Shown here in pieces: positions 13,863 to 26,937 of a stretch of DNA of 64,000 nucleotides. Numbering within the stretch: the stretch's first letter is position 1; each line of letters opens with the position of its first letter. Made by a program: the position numbers and the translations under genes. The stretch comes from Eledone cirrhosa. Its lineage: Eukaryota. Below the pieces are notes generated by a model that saw only the letters and a program-made list of their open reading frames with translations, ran no database searches and was not told where the DNA came from. Location: positions 28,768,001 through 28,832,000 of the forward strand of contig OZ024755.1 of the NCBI GenBank assembly GCA_964016885.1. Reading direction: 5' to 3'.

Positions 13863-14311
13863 GTGGCGAATTGGCGGAGTCGTTAGAACGTTGGATATGA
13901 ATGCTTTATGGTGTTTGTCCTCGTTCTCAACTAGCTGAGTTCAGATTCCGCCGAGTATCGGTAGAGCGTCAGGCACCATGCTTTGCGACATAGAGTTACG
14001 TTCTTTTACAGTCTGAGTTCAAATCTCTCCGATGTCAACTTTACTGTTCATCCTTTCGATGTCGATAAAAAAAAGTAGCAGTCTTGTACTGGGTGGGTTA
14101 TTATTATTATTATTATTTAGGTCGGTGGATTGGCAGTATCAGTAGAGAGTCGGACACATGCTTTGAAGCATAGAGTTACGTCCCTTTATGATCTGAGTTC
14201 AAATCCCGCCGAGGTTAACTTTGCCTTTCATCCTTACGGAGTCGATAAAATAAAGTACCAGTAATGTACTGGCTACTTGCTGGCCTTGTGCCAAAAATAG
14301 AAACAATTATT
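13863..14311 (+). mobile_element. SINE cluster (2-3 copies)
   Basis: Matches the SINE consensus. Confidence 0.8.
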
Positions 14312-14358
14312 ATTTCTGGCAATATCATAACATACCACACAACGGGAGGACACATAAA

Positions 14359-14400
14359 GTACCACTGATGATGTCACAGATGTGTGACGAAACAACTGTG
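14359..14400 (+). ncRNA. Hammerhead core, probably truncated at the cleavage site
   Basis: CTGATGA-t-GTCACA-gatg-TGTGAC-GAAACAACTGT. Confidence 0.6.
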
Positions 14401-14974
14401 ATAGACTATATATATATATATATTGTTATATCTGTATTTTTAACTGTTGGTCAATCAATGATAAACATTGCTTGCCAAATATATTAACTATAGAGATATG
14501 AAACATACAGAAGCGAGAACCAATCCAAATCAAACAGTGAGTGTGTTCTGTTACTATTTCTGGCAATACTATAACAATATGACCCTCCCCAATTATAACA
14601 ATATGTATATATATATAAAAGTATACAATATTTTGCAGAAACGTGCTTCGAATTGTCGTGCATACCATTTGTCAATTTTAGATGCAAACTGTCACAGAAC
14701 GCGTTTAAACGCGTTTACCTCATACCAGATGTGTTGCTTCTACCTGGTCTGCCAACTATTAACAAAAACATATTAACATCTTAAGTACGTCTTCCCTCTT
14801 TGAAGCTTGATTTAAAGTTGTCCGTTTCGTCCTCGGCCAAGGTGCTGAAGAGATTGGCAATGAGACCTGCAAATGTCGGGATCACTGAGACAGGATGAAT
14901 TAAGGTGGAGCTGGTACTTGGTGGAAGAGTTGGCCTGCAACTTCCTCTTTAATGTCGCACAGCCACACACCCAT

Positions 14975-15005
<31 letters not shown>

Positions 15006-15007
15006 AG

Positions 15008-15186
15008 AACGAGTAGGACCCCGACGGCTGAGCTCAAGCCGTTTCGACGGCTAGTCCAGAAATAGCCGTCGAAACGGCTTGGGCTCAGCCGTCGGGGTCC
15101 TACTCGTTCCTATTACCTCTACTACCCTAAGTATTGAGTACTTTGGTGCGTTATGGTCCACCTGGTTCCTTACCACATTTCCTTCG

Positions 15187-15190
<4 letters not shown>
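15008..15190 (+). mobile_element. Family B fold-back element in (TA)n
   Basis: A palindrome with about 45-bp arms contains the hammerhead 3' half GAAACGGCT...AGCCGTC-GGGGT and is followed by a tail ending CCTTCGTT-(TA)n. Confidence 0.8.
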
Positions 15191-15221
<31 letters not shown>

Positions 15222-15309
15222 GAGAGAGATAAGGAGAGAGAAAAAGAGATGATAGTGTGTTTTATTAGAAGGGTACTGCAATGCAAGTAGGACAGTTAGT
15301 ATTATAATA

Positions 15310-16840
15310 TAATTAATGTAACAAATGTGTTAGAATTTTACATTCAATTTGTTTAATAGACCTTAACATTTCGGGATAAAACCCCCTCATTAAAGGAGAG
15401 ATGAGGAAACTAGTTTGGAGCAAAGGGAATTGAGTCAACGTTACTCTGGAATAGTTTATTAGAAATGCCAGTATGAGAATGACAGACGTTTCTAGGGTGT
15501 GAATATGTTTCAGAGAGTTCTCTTCATTAATCTTTCCGCCGAGGTTAACTTTGCCTTTCATCCTTACGGGGTCGATAAAATAAAGTACCAGTAATGTACT
15601 GGGTAATTGCTGGCCTTGTGCCTAAAGTAGAAACAATTAATCTTTCATTAGCTAATGTGAAACAGATCTTATTTAAATTCGTTGAAACCTTTCTGTTCGA
15701 GAGAGCAGCTTGGATTTATATGTAGTTAGTAGCATTAGTAGAAGTATTCTGTCATGAAATCAAGTGATTAATAATTTATAAGAAGTACGGGAGCGGACGA
15801 CTGAAATGTAATGGGATTTGTACAACCAGGTGCTCATTTAACAGTGTGGTTTGTGCAACTATATATTTGTTGTAGATAAAATTAAAATTAATGTTTATGA
15901 GGGCGGTGTCGATCGTTATTTATTTTCAGGTTCTCTTAGCAAGTTAATTAGTAATTCTGTATGGCTCTTGTGTGGTTTGCTAATGCGGTGTTGTCTCCAC
16001 TCTCGAGCCTTTAGGTCTGTATTTATAGTGTCTTGTATTGGAATCTACTGTCATTTCCTTTTGGGAAGAAAATAAATAAAAGATTGGTAATGTATGTTTT
16101 GAAACGGCGAGCGAGTTTGAAATTATAAATAGAAGCTTTCGCCGTATTTTTGACTAAATAAACTTTGGCCTGATAGTGGGGTTTAAAACCATCAAAGAAA
16201 TGGAAAAATATGAGTATTGAAGTGTGTTTGAGGAAATATTGAGTAGGTGTTATGGAGTGTGGTCGTTTCTTATGTGGTCTGTTGTGGAGTAATTCTGTAT
16301 TTGGCTATTGTTTGGATATATTAGATGAACTATACTAGCGCATTGTGTAAGCCTTGGGTTAACTCGTTAATTTTGTTGGATATTGCTGTGTGCTCTATGT
16401 GTTGGTGGTATCACTATATCAATAATCATGTGAGAACTATTCTAGAGGAAATATTTTGAAACGTAGGTAAATTGTGATGTGTTTATCAGATAGTTTGTGT
16501 CATTTAGTGTTTCTTCTGCTGGGTTTTTCATGCCTATTGTGGCCGTGTAGTGTATGCCTTTATTTCTGTGTGTAAATTGTTTCGCTAATTCTAAGTGGTG
16601 TAATTATTTGTCTTATATCATGTGGGGTTTCAGAATTGTTGCCTGTGTGTAGGGGTTATAGTTGGTTATAGTTCGGAATGTTGAGTCTGTGTTAGATACG
16701 CCATATGCGGGTGTGTGTCTTGTAAACAGTAGGCCTTGTTGGTTTTGATAAGGCTGGATTTGGAAAACAATGTCTTTAGATAAAAATAACAGATCCATTC
16801 ATGTTAACGTCTCTTGGAAAACTGATGGTGCTGGCGTTTT
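15310..16840 (-). mobile_element. Decayed retroelement ending in a degenerate hammerhead (about 15360-15400), interrupted by a SINE at 15535-15638
   Basis: Strong A/C strand skew; TTAATGAGGGG...CCCGAAATGTTA; 16100-16220 is homologous to 32670-32810. No protein domain is securely recognised. Confidence 0.4.
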
Positions 16841-17849
16841 GTGTATTATATATATATATATGTGTGTGTGTGTATGTGTGTGTGCGTGTGTGTATATATA
16901 ATTATCCTTTCAGAACATAACGTATTTTTGAAGATTTAAGATAAAATTCATGTAGCTATAATTCGACTTTTCAATTAGAAAACTCGATCTTAAAATAATG
17001 ATTTTCTGTCTTTATTTGCTATGTATTCACCGGAAAACAAAATATTACATTTATTCGTTTAAGTGGTTATTTTCGCATCATTTGAGGATAAACACACTAT
17101 CCGAAATGATACCGATCGAAGTTTATGTGAAGCATGATGTAGAAAATTATTAAACAACCATTCTAATTTAAGGACGATCTTCCATTTGGCAACGGTAAAT
17201 AATATGTTTTTATGCAGATGATAACGTAATATAGATAAATAGATAAATTTAATGTATATACCTGTAGATTTGAAGTTAAGGGTTACTTTCGGAAAAAAAG
17301 TGTGACTTTTAATTCAAAACCTATAGTACTCTATTAATTTGGTTTGTAATATTTTAATATACGCTATGTCCTTCAGAGGATAGATGGCCTGAAGTTAGTA
17401 CTGAAAAGCAGATTCTCCGATATTTAAACGATACTGTGAACAAAGTAAAGGCGGCTTTAATAGATTTCAACTCAGAATGCAAAAGCGCGTAATTGAATAC
17501 CGCAATATATTTTGTCCATAGTCCTACTGATTCTGGTGGATTATCATCTTTATTGTCTTCATCATTAGTCAGTGTAGGCCAGCATATGTAGGATACATAT
17601 CATATTACAAACACAGCCGGTGCAAAGCATATGACTGACATATGGAAGGGGTGATATAATGCCATGCATCATTGTACTCAACAACGCCCTTAACTCACGT
17701 GCCTGTTGCTCACTGTTTTTATATAAATCTTCACGAGACTGTATATAGCAACTTGCCTAACGAATATTTCATCCATATACTATTATAAAGACGCTTAGGA
17801 AAAGTGAAATTTGTAGGAGGAAATGTAGAACATGAGACAAAATAGCTCT

Positions 17850-17962
17850 GGATGAAAGGCAAAGTTAACCTCAACAGGATTTGAACTCAGAGCGTGAAGG
17901 GACGTAACTCTATGTTGCAAAGCATGGCGTCGGACACTCCAACGATACTGCCAATCCACCGC
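17850..17962 (-). mobile_element. SINE 5' half
   Basis: Matches the SINE consensus. Confidence 0.8.
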
Positions 17963-18608
17963 TTAGGTGATAATAATTTCGACTCTTTTCTCAAATCCCA
18001 CCATATATATATATGTGTATATGGTTTAAGATATAAGTCCAAAAATGAGGCGCATTAGTTCCAATTTTAAAATAGCATAAACATGAAAACATCGCTATAT
18101 TTCATGACCAAGAGACGTAATATATAATTCAGAACAATTTAATTAAAAAGAAACTTCTTAAAATAGATATATGTCGGCAAATATCTTTCACATTAAGGCA
18201 GTCTGAAAGCATAAATATCAGAGGTATGACAATATTAAGAAAATATTTTCAAAATAAAATTGTGTGATGTTTTTTTCATATCAATATTCGTTTTAAACCT
18301 ATTAATATATGTATTTTAAGAATGATTTAAAGTAAGACATGTCTGCCAAATAACTATACCTTTTATTGGTATGGATGTGTTTATATTGATAAAAGAACTA
18401 TTTATTTGAAAAATATATTTAATGGATAAAAAATAAACATACTTAGAAGACATTTATTTTTTTTTTTTTAAATTCATTGATAAATTATAATTTAGATACC
18501 TGTTATAATCCATCATGTATATATATACTGTTTATGCAAATAAATATATCTTTCAAAATTATGAATAATTAATTTTCGCGGAAAGTTATTTTATTATTAT
18601 TATGGTTT

Positions 18609-18960
18609 TTGGCAGTATCGGTAGAACGCCGGACGCCATGCTTTGCAGCCCTTTATGGTCTGAGTTCAAATCCCGCCGAGGTTAACTTTGCCTTTCATCC
18701 TTACGGCGTCGATAAAATAAAGTACCAGTAATACACTGCGATAATTGCTGGCCTTGTGCCAAAAGTAGAAACAATTATTATTATTACTATTATTAAAGCA
18801 CCATGAATAATAATAATTATTATTTCTACTTTGGGCACAAAGCCAGCAATTACCCCAATGCATTACTGGTACTTTATTTTATCGACCCCATAAGGATGAA
18901 ATGCAAAGTTAACCTCGGTGGGATTTGAACTCAGACCATAAAGGGCCGTAACTCTTTGCT
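18609..18960. mobile_element. Two SINEs tail-to-tail (18609-18778 +, 18822-18960 -)
   Basis: Both match the SINE consensus. Confidence 0.85.
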
Positions 18961-19253
18961 GAATTGGAAAAAAATGTCTTTAACAGGTCCATTCATTTAG
19001 AATGGAGCTGGCGGAGAAAAGATTTGAGATTGGGCATATTGAAGGTACTAGAGTGGGAGTGAAAAATAGACTGGTGAGAAGTAGAAGGTGGTGTGAGAAG
19101 ATTGTAGTAGAGGAAAAGTTGTAGAGAGACGTGGAATATTTAAATGCAAGAAGCAAAGAACATTTCAAAGATACGAAAGATTTCCTAGTGGAAGTTCAGG
19201 TGTACTCCGGGCTAGTATCCAGTTTCGAGGTGAAAATCCAGTTTGAAAAGCCA

Positions 19254-19325
<72 letters not shown>

Positions 19326-19343
19326 GTGTAACACACAAGTTAT

Positions 19344-19641
19344 TATATATTGGTAAACGGAATAGAAAATGCTGACAAATTGTTCACAGTTGAAAAATAG
19401 TATGTTGTGGGTTCGTCTTGGGGAGAAGTGTTTAGACGGGGTCCGTATTTGTTAATAAAGTAAGATTCCTTACTGACGCTCTATCTCAAAATTATTTTTG
19501 AAAAGCATTTATAAATGCGCAACCGGTAGAAACTTAAAACCACAACTGAATACTAACCAATACAATTACTAATACTCTTTTATTCCTAATTAAACTATTT
19601 TTCAACTGTGAACAATTTGTCAGCATATTCTATTCCGTTTA

Positions 19642-19650
<9 letters not shown>
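19344..19650. mobile_element. Fold-back element with about 55-bp inverted arms and a degenerate hammerhead
   Basis: 19344-19400 is the reverse complement of 19595-19650; internal CTGACGC...GCAACCGGTA. Confidence 0.6.
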
Positions 19651-19726
<76 letters not shown>

Positions 19727-19932
19727 GCAATAAGGATTGCAGCTTTTTGTAAAGTTTATATAAAGTTTGATCATGCGATCGGATCCCAATTCTTAATGTA
19801 CACTTCTTCAGATGAGAGTCCCATCCAAACTACAGCACAAACCTGGAGAACAACCTAACGAGAGACGGACACAGTAACAGCATCGAGTGCTTCGACTAGC
19901 GTCATCACTAGTAACAAGTTACTCACCTAATA

Positions 19933-19974
<42 letters not shown>

Positions 19975-19978
<4 letters not shown>

Positions 19979-20285
19979 ATAATAATAAATTTCAAGACTA
20001 AAATCCAAAGATAAGGATAAATATATATCAAATATATAAGAACCGTAGAGCAAATATTTATTAAAATAACAGATTAAAGTTTAAGCAATGAATCGCTGCT
20101 TTCACCCTTAACGGGATCTTCTGAAACTAACAAAGTCAATCTGTAAACGCAGAAGTGACTCTTTTCCTGACTCTTTGACTTCTGCGTTTACAGATCGACT
20201 TTGTTAGTTTCAGAAGATCCCGTTAAGGGTGAAAGCAGCGATTCTTTGCTTAAACTTTAATCTGTTATTTTAATAAATATATATA
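19975..20285 (-). mobile_element. Family A fold-back element with CAGAAGA-core hammerhead-like fold (20206-20256 +, mirrored on -)
   Basis: About 105-bp inverted arms; AGTTT-CAGAAGA-tCCC..GGGt-GAAAGCA..TGCTT-AAACT; one-sided tail to (TA)n. Confidence 0.75.
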
Positions 20286-20289
20286 TATT

Positions 20290-20562
20290 CTACTGCTGGA
20301 TCCGGATGCATGAGTTCGAATCTAGCTGTCGAAACGGCCGGACCTCAGCCGTCGGGGTCCTGACTATTTTCCTATTACCCACTCTACAACCTTAAGTATT
20401 GAGTACTCTGGTGCGTTATGGTAGTAGAGTGGGTAATAGGAAAACAGTCAGGACCCCGACGGCTGAGCTCCGGCCATTTCGAAAGCTAGATTCGAACTCA
20501 TGCATTCGGATCTAGCTGTAGAAGCGGTCGGAGCTCAGCCGCCGGGGTCCTGACTATTTTCA
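20290..20562. mobile_element. Family B element with multiple inversions
   Basis: Three alternating-orientation copies of CTAGCTGTCGAAACGGCC...AGCCGTCGGGGTCC. Confidence 0.75.
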
Positions 20563-20697
20563 TATATATATACTGTGTGTATTTATACACTGTGTGTATA
20601 TATATCGTATATATATATATATATATGTATATACACTGTTTATATATATAACTGAACATATATATATATATATATACACTGTTTATATATATATAAC

Positions 20698-20728
<31 letters not shown>

Positions 20729-21051
20729 TCTAACTTAATCACATTTATTTTCATATGGCTGCTTTCTTTCGGTCTCTAGTATCCGACACCTGTTGTTATT
20801 TATAGCACGTAGTTATATTAGAGTTAAGGAGTATTTATAAAAGCGAACCGCCATTTTGTCTTTGAAGAATCATCCCAGATCATCTGTCAGACGTCAGTTT
20901 CTTCAGGGAACAAACATAAGAGAAGAATGTCAAAATTCTAGGTCGAGCATTGTTTGGAATTTAACTGCCGACTTCCCATGTACTATGAAGACCAAATACC
21001 AGGCAAAAGAGATGAGGGGAGAGATAGAGGATGAGAGAGAGAGAGAGAGAG

Positions 21052-21118
<67 letters not shown>

Positions 21119-21352
21119 TGGGGGGGGGGGGGTTAAACTAGATAGACAGATTTTATGAAAGGAGTAAACGAGATGCAAATAAATGGAAGAACTTTGTGTG
21201 TCACGATGTAGTAGACGAGCGAAATTTATAAAACATTTTCTGAAAGAAACCGAGTGGAAGAAATATTCAAACTATGGCATTCGACATATGTGTCCCAAAA
21301 CTGGGGAGTGTTAAACACCGAAAAGTAAGCATGCAAATACTACTACTACTAT

Positions 21353-21393
<41 letters not shown>

Positions 21394-21413
21394 ATAATAA
21401 TAATAATAATAAT

Positions 21414-21882
21414 AATTGTTTCTACTATTGGCACAAGGCCAGCAATTATCCCAGTGCGTTACTGGTACTTTATTTTATCGACCCCGTAAGGATGAAAGGC
21501 AAAGTTTACCTCGGCGGATTTGAATTCAGAATGGCAAGGGCCGTAACTCTATGCGTCAAAGCATGGCGTCCGACCCTCTACCGATACTGCCAATTCACCG
21601 CCCTTTGGTACTTTATTTTATCGACCTCGTAAGGATGAAAGACAATGTTAACCTCGGCGGATTTGAACTCAGAATGGCAAGGGCCCTAACTCTATGCGTC
21701 AAAGCATGGCGTCCGACCCTCTACCGATACTGCCAATTCACCGCCCTTTGGTACTTTATTTTATCGACCTCGTAAGGATGAAAGGCAACGTTAACCTCGG
21801 CGCATTTGAACTCAGAACGCAAAGGGCCATAACTATGCTGCAAAACATGGTGTCTGACGCTCTACCGATACTGCCAAACCAC
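21414..21882 (-). mobile_element. SINE tandem trimer with a 143-bp unit
   Basis: The units at 21551 and 21694 are nearly identical, and only one 3' tail is present. Confidence 0.85.
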
Positions 21883-22294
21883 TGATAATAATAATAATGA
21901 TGAGGGAAATTACCAAAAAAATATTCGTATCTTTTTATTGAATGATACTAAGCATCTTTATATTTTTATGTAGTCACAGTTTGAAAGCTGTCAGATATGT
22001 AATAAACAGTACGGTTTATGGATATCAATATTTGACCAGTCAGTAAACGTACAATTATTTTGTAGCTTAAAAGTACAGTATATTATAGCGGGCCACCCCT
22101 CTGTTTCAAAATAATCAGAGCTGTTGAATAATATAGTATTATTCATAATTAGCCACAAAGAAATGAGCCTCCGATACTGTGCATATTGGTTAGACATTTT
22201 CTTTTAACTTATCAGTGTCTATACACTATATACTATGAATTATTGCTGTCCATATGTACTGCACCTCGTACCAAAAATGATGAGCAAGGCTCTG

Positions 22295-22383
22295 CTAGAA
22301 TTCATCACTGTTGTTTTTATAATTATTCATGATTTGAACAGTGAATATGCTGTTTACCAGATCTTCAAGTGTCTGTTGAGTTT
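22295..22383 (-). CDS. Candidate terminal exon of an unknown gene
   Basis: Acceptor TACTGTCTTTACAG; open frame (E)TQQTLEDLVNSIFTVQIMNNYKNNSDEF*. No homology recognised. Confidence 0.15.
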
Positions 22384-22844
22384 CTGTAAAGACAGTAGAT
22401 AAAACGTAGTCTTCTCACTATATATATAAAGGGTCAATGCGGCTGGTCTTATATAGATGAGCAATCTGTGTTTCGAGATCTCTTTCTTCAAGACACTCAC
22501 TCCGAAATAATAGTATCTAGAAATCTATTGCGTGAACTGCGTGCTGTTAGTTTGTTTTGATCACTTTGAGTAATTTCGATCTTCATTAGAGCATAATTCG
22601 TTATTTCTTTCATTTCTTTCCGGCCTGTTATGTTTACAATATCTCTGGCAGCAAGGAGTTGTCTTGGAGACGATGGTACAAGTATCACGTCATCTTTCAT
22701 ACTCCATTTGCTGAATCATATTCCACGCATTAAATATGTGTATGGCACGTTCGGTATCAATTTAACACACACCGCACTTTATTTTCATTAAACTATGCGC
22801 ATTAAGCTGATCAGTCGGTATATAATTTAGAGCTGACATCTCAG

Positions 22845-23046
22845 ACTGAGGGTCTCCCAAGGGCCACATGGATCACATATGTGTTGTCTGAGGGCCACCC
22901 ACTACAACTAATTGCGCACCTTACAACTTTCTTTTTATATTACAAAGATAAAACATGCTCGCGCTGTAAAAACATTTGTGCGGGCCGCAGGTTTGCTTGT
23001 AAATGGTCGCATGCACCCCGCGAGCTACCTGTTTTACATGCCTGGT
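22845..23046. mobile_element. Possible degenerate hAT-type MITE
   Basis: GGGCCACA/GCGGGCCGCA subterminal motifs and a CATGCCTG end. Confidence 0.35.
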
Positions 23047-23335
23047 TTAGAGAACACTATATATTCTCAATAGTTCAATGGTGTAGCACAAAAGATTGAG
23101 ATACACAATCTTGATAAGGGCCAATAACCCCGAAACAATAGTAAATCTCTCTGATACCGCTGGAACCAAAGGATGGTATGTGATTCTTTGCTTGCAAACA
23201 AATTGAATATTAATAATTGTTTCTACTTTAGGCACTAGGCCAGCAATGACCCAGTGCATTACTGGTACTTTATTTTATCGACCCCGTAAGGATTATTAAT
23301 AATGTTATTATAACATTATTATCATTTACTCATGA

Positions 23336-23405
<70 letters not shown>

Positions 23406-23419
23406 GGGAGCTTCCAACA

Positions 23420-23670
23420 GTAATGGTTGCATTTTTTAAGGGTATGTCAATATTTATTTATAAAACTGATCTATATTATATTTTGTCTGATGAAAGCACA
23501 CCATAATTTAACTTGGTGTCCTTGAAATATGTATAATGAAATAAATATAGTTTTATAAATATAGTTTCCATTTGTTAATATCGTATGTTTACTCCAAATA
23601 CTTGTTGAGTGCTTTATATCAGTTATAAAAATATTTGCTTGTTGTATCCCAACAATTTAAATAGAACTTT

Positions 23671-23705
<35 letters not shown>

Positions 23706-24138
23706 GATATTAAATAAATGGAAACTATATTTATAAAACCATATTTATTTCATTATATATATTTCAGGGATATCATATTAAAAATATGTTATGCCTTCTT
23801 CAGACAAAATACAATATAAACAGTCTTATAAATAGATAGATTTGACATACCTTTCAACTTCAACTTCCATTTAAAAAGTTGATTTGATTTTTTAAATGGA
23901 AGTTGAAGTTGAAAGGTATGTCAAATCTATCTATTTATAAGACTGTTTATATTGTATTTTGTCTGAAGAAGGCATAACATATTTTTAATATGATATTCCA
24001 TATAATGAAATAAATATGGTTTTATAAATATAGTTTCCATTTATTTAATATCGTAAATATACTCCAAATACTTGTTGAGTGCTTTTATATCAGTTATAAA
24101 TATTTACTCGTTGTAACCCAACAATTTAAATAAAACTT

Positions 24139-24142
<4 letters not shown>
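23420..24142. mobile_element. Family D hammerhead elements (23420-23672 +; fold-back 23705-24142)
   Basis: TTTTGT-CTGATGA...GAAATATGTATA-ATGAAA; about 170-bp inverted arms around 23883; shared tail ending AACTTTTGC-(AT)n. Confidence 0.8.
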
Positions 24143-24191
<49 letters not shown>

Positions 24192-24493
24192 GCATATATA
24201 CATTTATATATGTGTGTGCGTTCGTTTGTGTATGTGTGAAAACTCCGAGAAGATACATGTCGTCGTCTAGACAGATGGTGCCCTATTTAACGAGAGGTAA
24301 AGCCCAATACACACAGGATATCATAAAAAGTCATACATTCTCAGAAAAATTGTACTTGAATGAAATCAGGTTTAGTAAACATTACACCGAGATAAAGATT
24401 GTGGCTGCATGACAGTTCAGTAACGTTAGAGAAAACATACTAGTGAAACAGGCTTGACAGCAGAATATATTATATATATTTATATATATATAT

Positions 24494-24942
24494 AAATCAG
24501 GAAAGAAGGTTGACATGGTTTGCTATACAAAAAAGGTTTTCAATCTCATAGCTGACAATTGTTTCTCTGAACTGGTAGGTCTAGAGATCGCTATTCGCTT
24601 ATTTTCACGTTACTCGATCGCCAATACTTTGTATATTTTGTATTGGCGATCGAGTAACGTGAAAATAAGCGAATAGCGATCTCTAGACCTACCAGTTCAG
24701 AGAAACAATTGTCAGCTATGAGATTAAAAACCTTTTTTGTATAGCAAACCATGTCAACCTTCTTTCCTGATTTATTATTACTCCAAGTGTTTACAACATA
24801 GGAATTACGGCATACCCGCAGCATCACTATGAAAACGCCTTGTTGAGTCAAACCAATCCAAGCGTTAATATCATCCACTACCTGGAATACCATAACTGGA
24901 CTATACTTAAGTGGACTGCATTTAACTATTATTTGTTACCCC

Positions 24943-24943
<1 letters not shown>
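24494..24943 (+). mobile_element. Fold-back element with about 135-bp arms and a tail
   Basis: Near-perfect palindrome at 24494-24773 with the hammerhead 3' half GAAACAATTGTC; (TA)n on both sides. Confidence 0.8.
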
Positions 24944-25003
<60 letters not shown>

Positions 25004-25147
25004 TATATACAAATTATCCCCTGTGATTGTTTCATGTGTTTATTTTAAATATATATATATATATATATGTCAATCAATTTCTAGTTGATATAAAATGTTC
25101 AGATCTATTCATTGGAATCTTTGAGCTTAACTCTACGGTGGTAATTT

Positions 25148-25200
<53 letters not shown>

Positions 25201-25663
25201 CTGTTTGGCACCTACCTTTTGGATTATCTCCACGTCGACCACTGGATGCTGGTCGCAGTCCTCAGTGGTACTTATACCCATCGCTGTCGTTGACAGAATT
25301 TAGCGGCTTTAACGGCTCTTCTAGAGATGGGTCTTGTCATATACCTTTGTTCATAGCTTCGTACTTATATGCACAGATACTTTTATATACTCACATATAC
25401 ACACACATTTATTCCTAGCTCGTCGTTGAGGCGTTATATTTAGCCGAAATTTCAAAGCATATTATGCACATAAAAAAATTCATTTTCTTGATCTGCTAGA
25501 GCCCGCATTAAGTGAGAACCTGCATCTTTCCTTCTTCATCGAGGAAAATCTTAAAGATTATCCAGCCATCAGAGTATTCTGTTTATTTTATTTACATATT
25601 GTCCAGGCATGCAGTTTTTCTATGATTAGGTCTGTTGGCGGCCCGCATTCCAAAATATCTCAT

Positions 25664-25692
25664 CCCGTGCAACGCCGAGTACCACTGCTAGT
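25664..25692 (+). mobile_element. Helitron-type 3' end
   Basis: CCCGTGCAACGCCGAG hairpin followed by CTAG|T. A related end lies at 27639-27667. Confidence 0.5.
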
Positions 25693-25702
25693 ATAATATA
25701 TG

Positions 25703-25740
<38 letters not shown>

Positions 25741-25742
<2 letters not shown>

Positions 25743-25910
25743 GATATTAAACAAATGGAAACTATATTTATAAAACCATATTTATTTTTATAAATATAGT
25801 TTCCATTTGTTTAATATCGTATATCTACTCCAAAAATTTGTCGAGTGCTTTATATCAGTTATAAAATATTTACTTGTTGTAACCCAACAATTTTAAATAA
25901 AACTTTTGCA
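25741..25910 (+). mobile_element. Family D short fold-back plus tail
   Basis: 35-bp arms; the tail is homologous to 24055-24142. Confidence 0.75.
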
Positions 25911-25916
25911 TATATG

Positions 25917-25987
<71 letters not shown>

Positions 25988-26006
25988 ATGCCTATATATG
26001 GTCTGT

Positions 26007-26102
26007 ACCACTTGATAAGTTCTGCTAGATTCTCGCCGTTCTACTACTGGTGGCTTAGTTCGGATCTAGCTGTCGAAATGGCCGGAGATCAGCCATCGTT
26101 GT
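26007..26102 (+). ncRNA. Family B hammerhead, UUGAUAA core
   Basis: TTGATAA; GCTAGAT/ATCTAGC; GAAATGGC..GCCATC. Confidence 0.55.
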
Positions 26103-26139
26103 TCTGACTCTTTTCCTATATATATATATATATATATAT

Positions 26140-26600
26140 AAATGTAAGTATGTATGTATACGTACATACATATATGTATACAGACGTACAGTAGCATGTA
26201 TATATATACATACAGTCACACATATATATATGCACGTATCAGTTTACCGAACATTTATTATAATGCCATCTGGCAGAAAGGTATACGGTGCTGACGATAG
26301 CTAATAAGCTTGAAACTAGTACACCGTTCCTGTGTCAGTGTTGAACAAAAAGGTGACGTGGTTGCCTAAACACTGTACGGCGTAATTCAGGCTGTTTGTT
26401 TACAAACGAACAAACCGAGCATTATAATAAATGTTCGGTAAACTTATACGTGCATATATATATGTGTGCCTGTATGTATATATATACATGCTACTGTACG
26501 TCTGTATACATATATGTATGTACGTATACATACATACTTACATTTAAGTAAGTGCCGTACTAAGAGTGAGAAATGAAATTTCGTTTCATTCTATTCCATT
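26140..26600 (+). mobile_element. Fold-back element with an intact minimal hammerhead (26285-26327) in its loop
   Basis: ACGGTG-CTGACGA-tAGCT-aata-AGCTt-GAAACTAGTA-CACCGT; about 125-bp inverted arms; the tail is shared with 37050-37100. Confidence 0.88.
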
Positions 26601-26636
26601 TATATATATATATATATACATATATATAAATGTGTC

Positions 26637-26674
<38 letters not shown>

Positions 26675-26686
26675 TATAAATGTGTC

Positions 26687-26819
<133 letters not shown>

Positions 26820-26866
26820 AATAATAATAATAATCTGTTATTTTAATAAATATATATATTACCCAC

Positions 26867-26937
<71 letters not shown>

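Noticed and set aside
14790-14965. Possible CR1-type LINE 3' fragment on the minus strand
   Set aside because: Only vague similarity (TDNFKSSF) with frameshifts, which is not enough to call.
19344-19650. Interpreting inverted arms as DNA-transposon TIRs (MITEs)
   Set aside because: Arm lengths and breakpoints vary between copies of a family, one arm usually has an extra tail, and ribozyme and AATAAA motifs are present. A Tc1/mariner-type TA-inserting MITE cannot be excluded for individual cases.
22497-22700. 67-aa ORF ending at a GTGAGT donor-like site
   Set aside because: The acceptor is weak, there is no recognisable homology, and its phase gives a stop within 6 codons in the next candidate exon.
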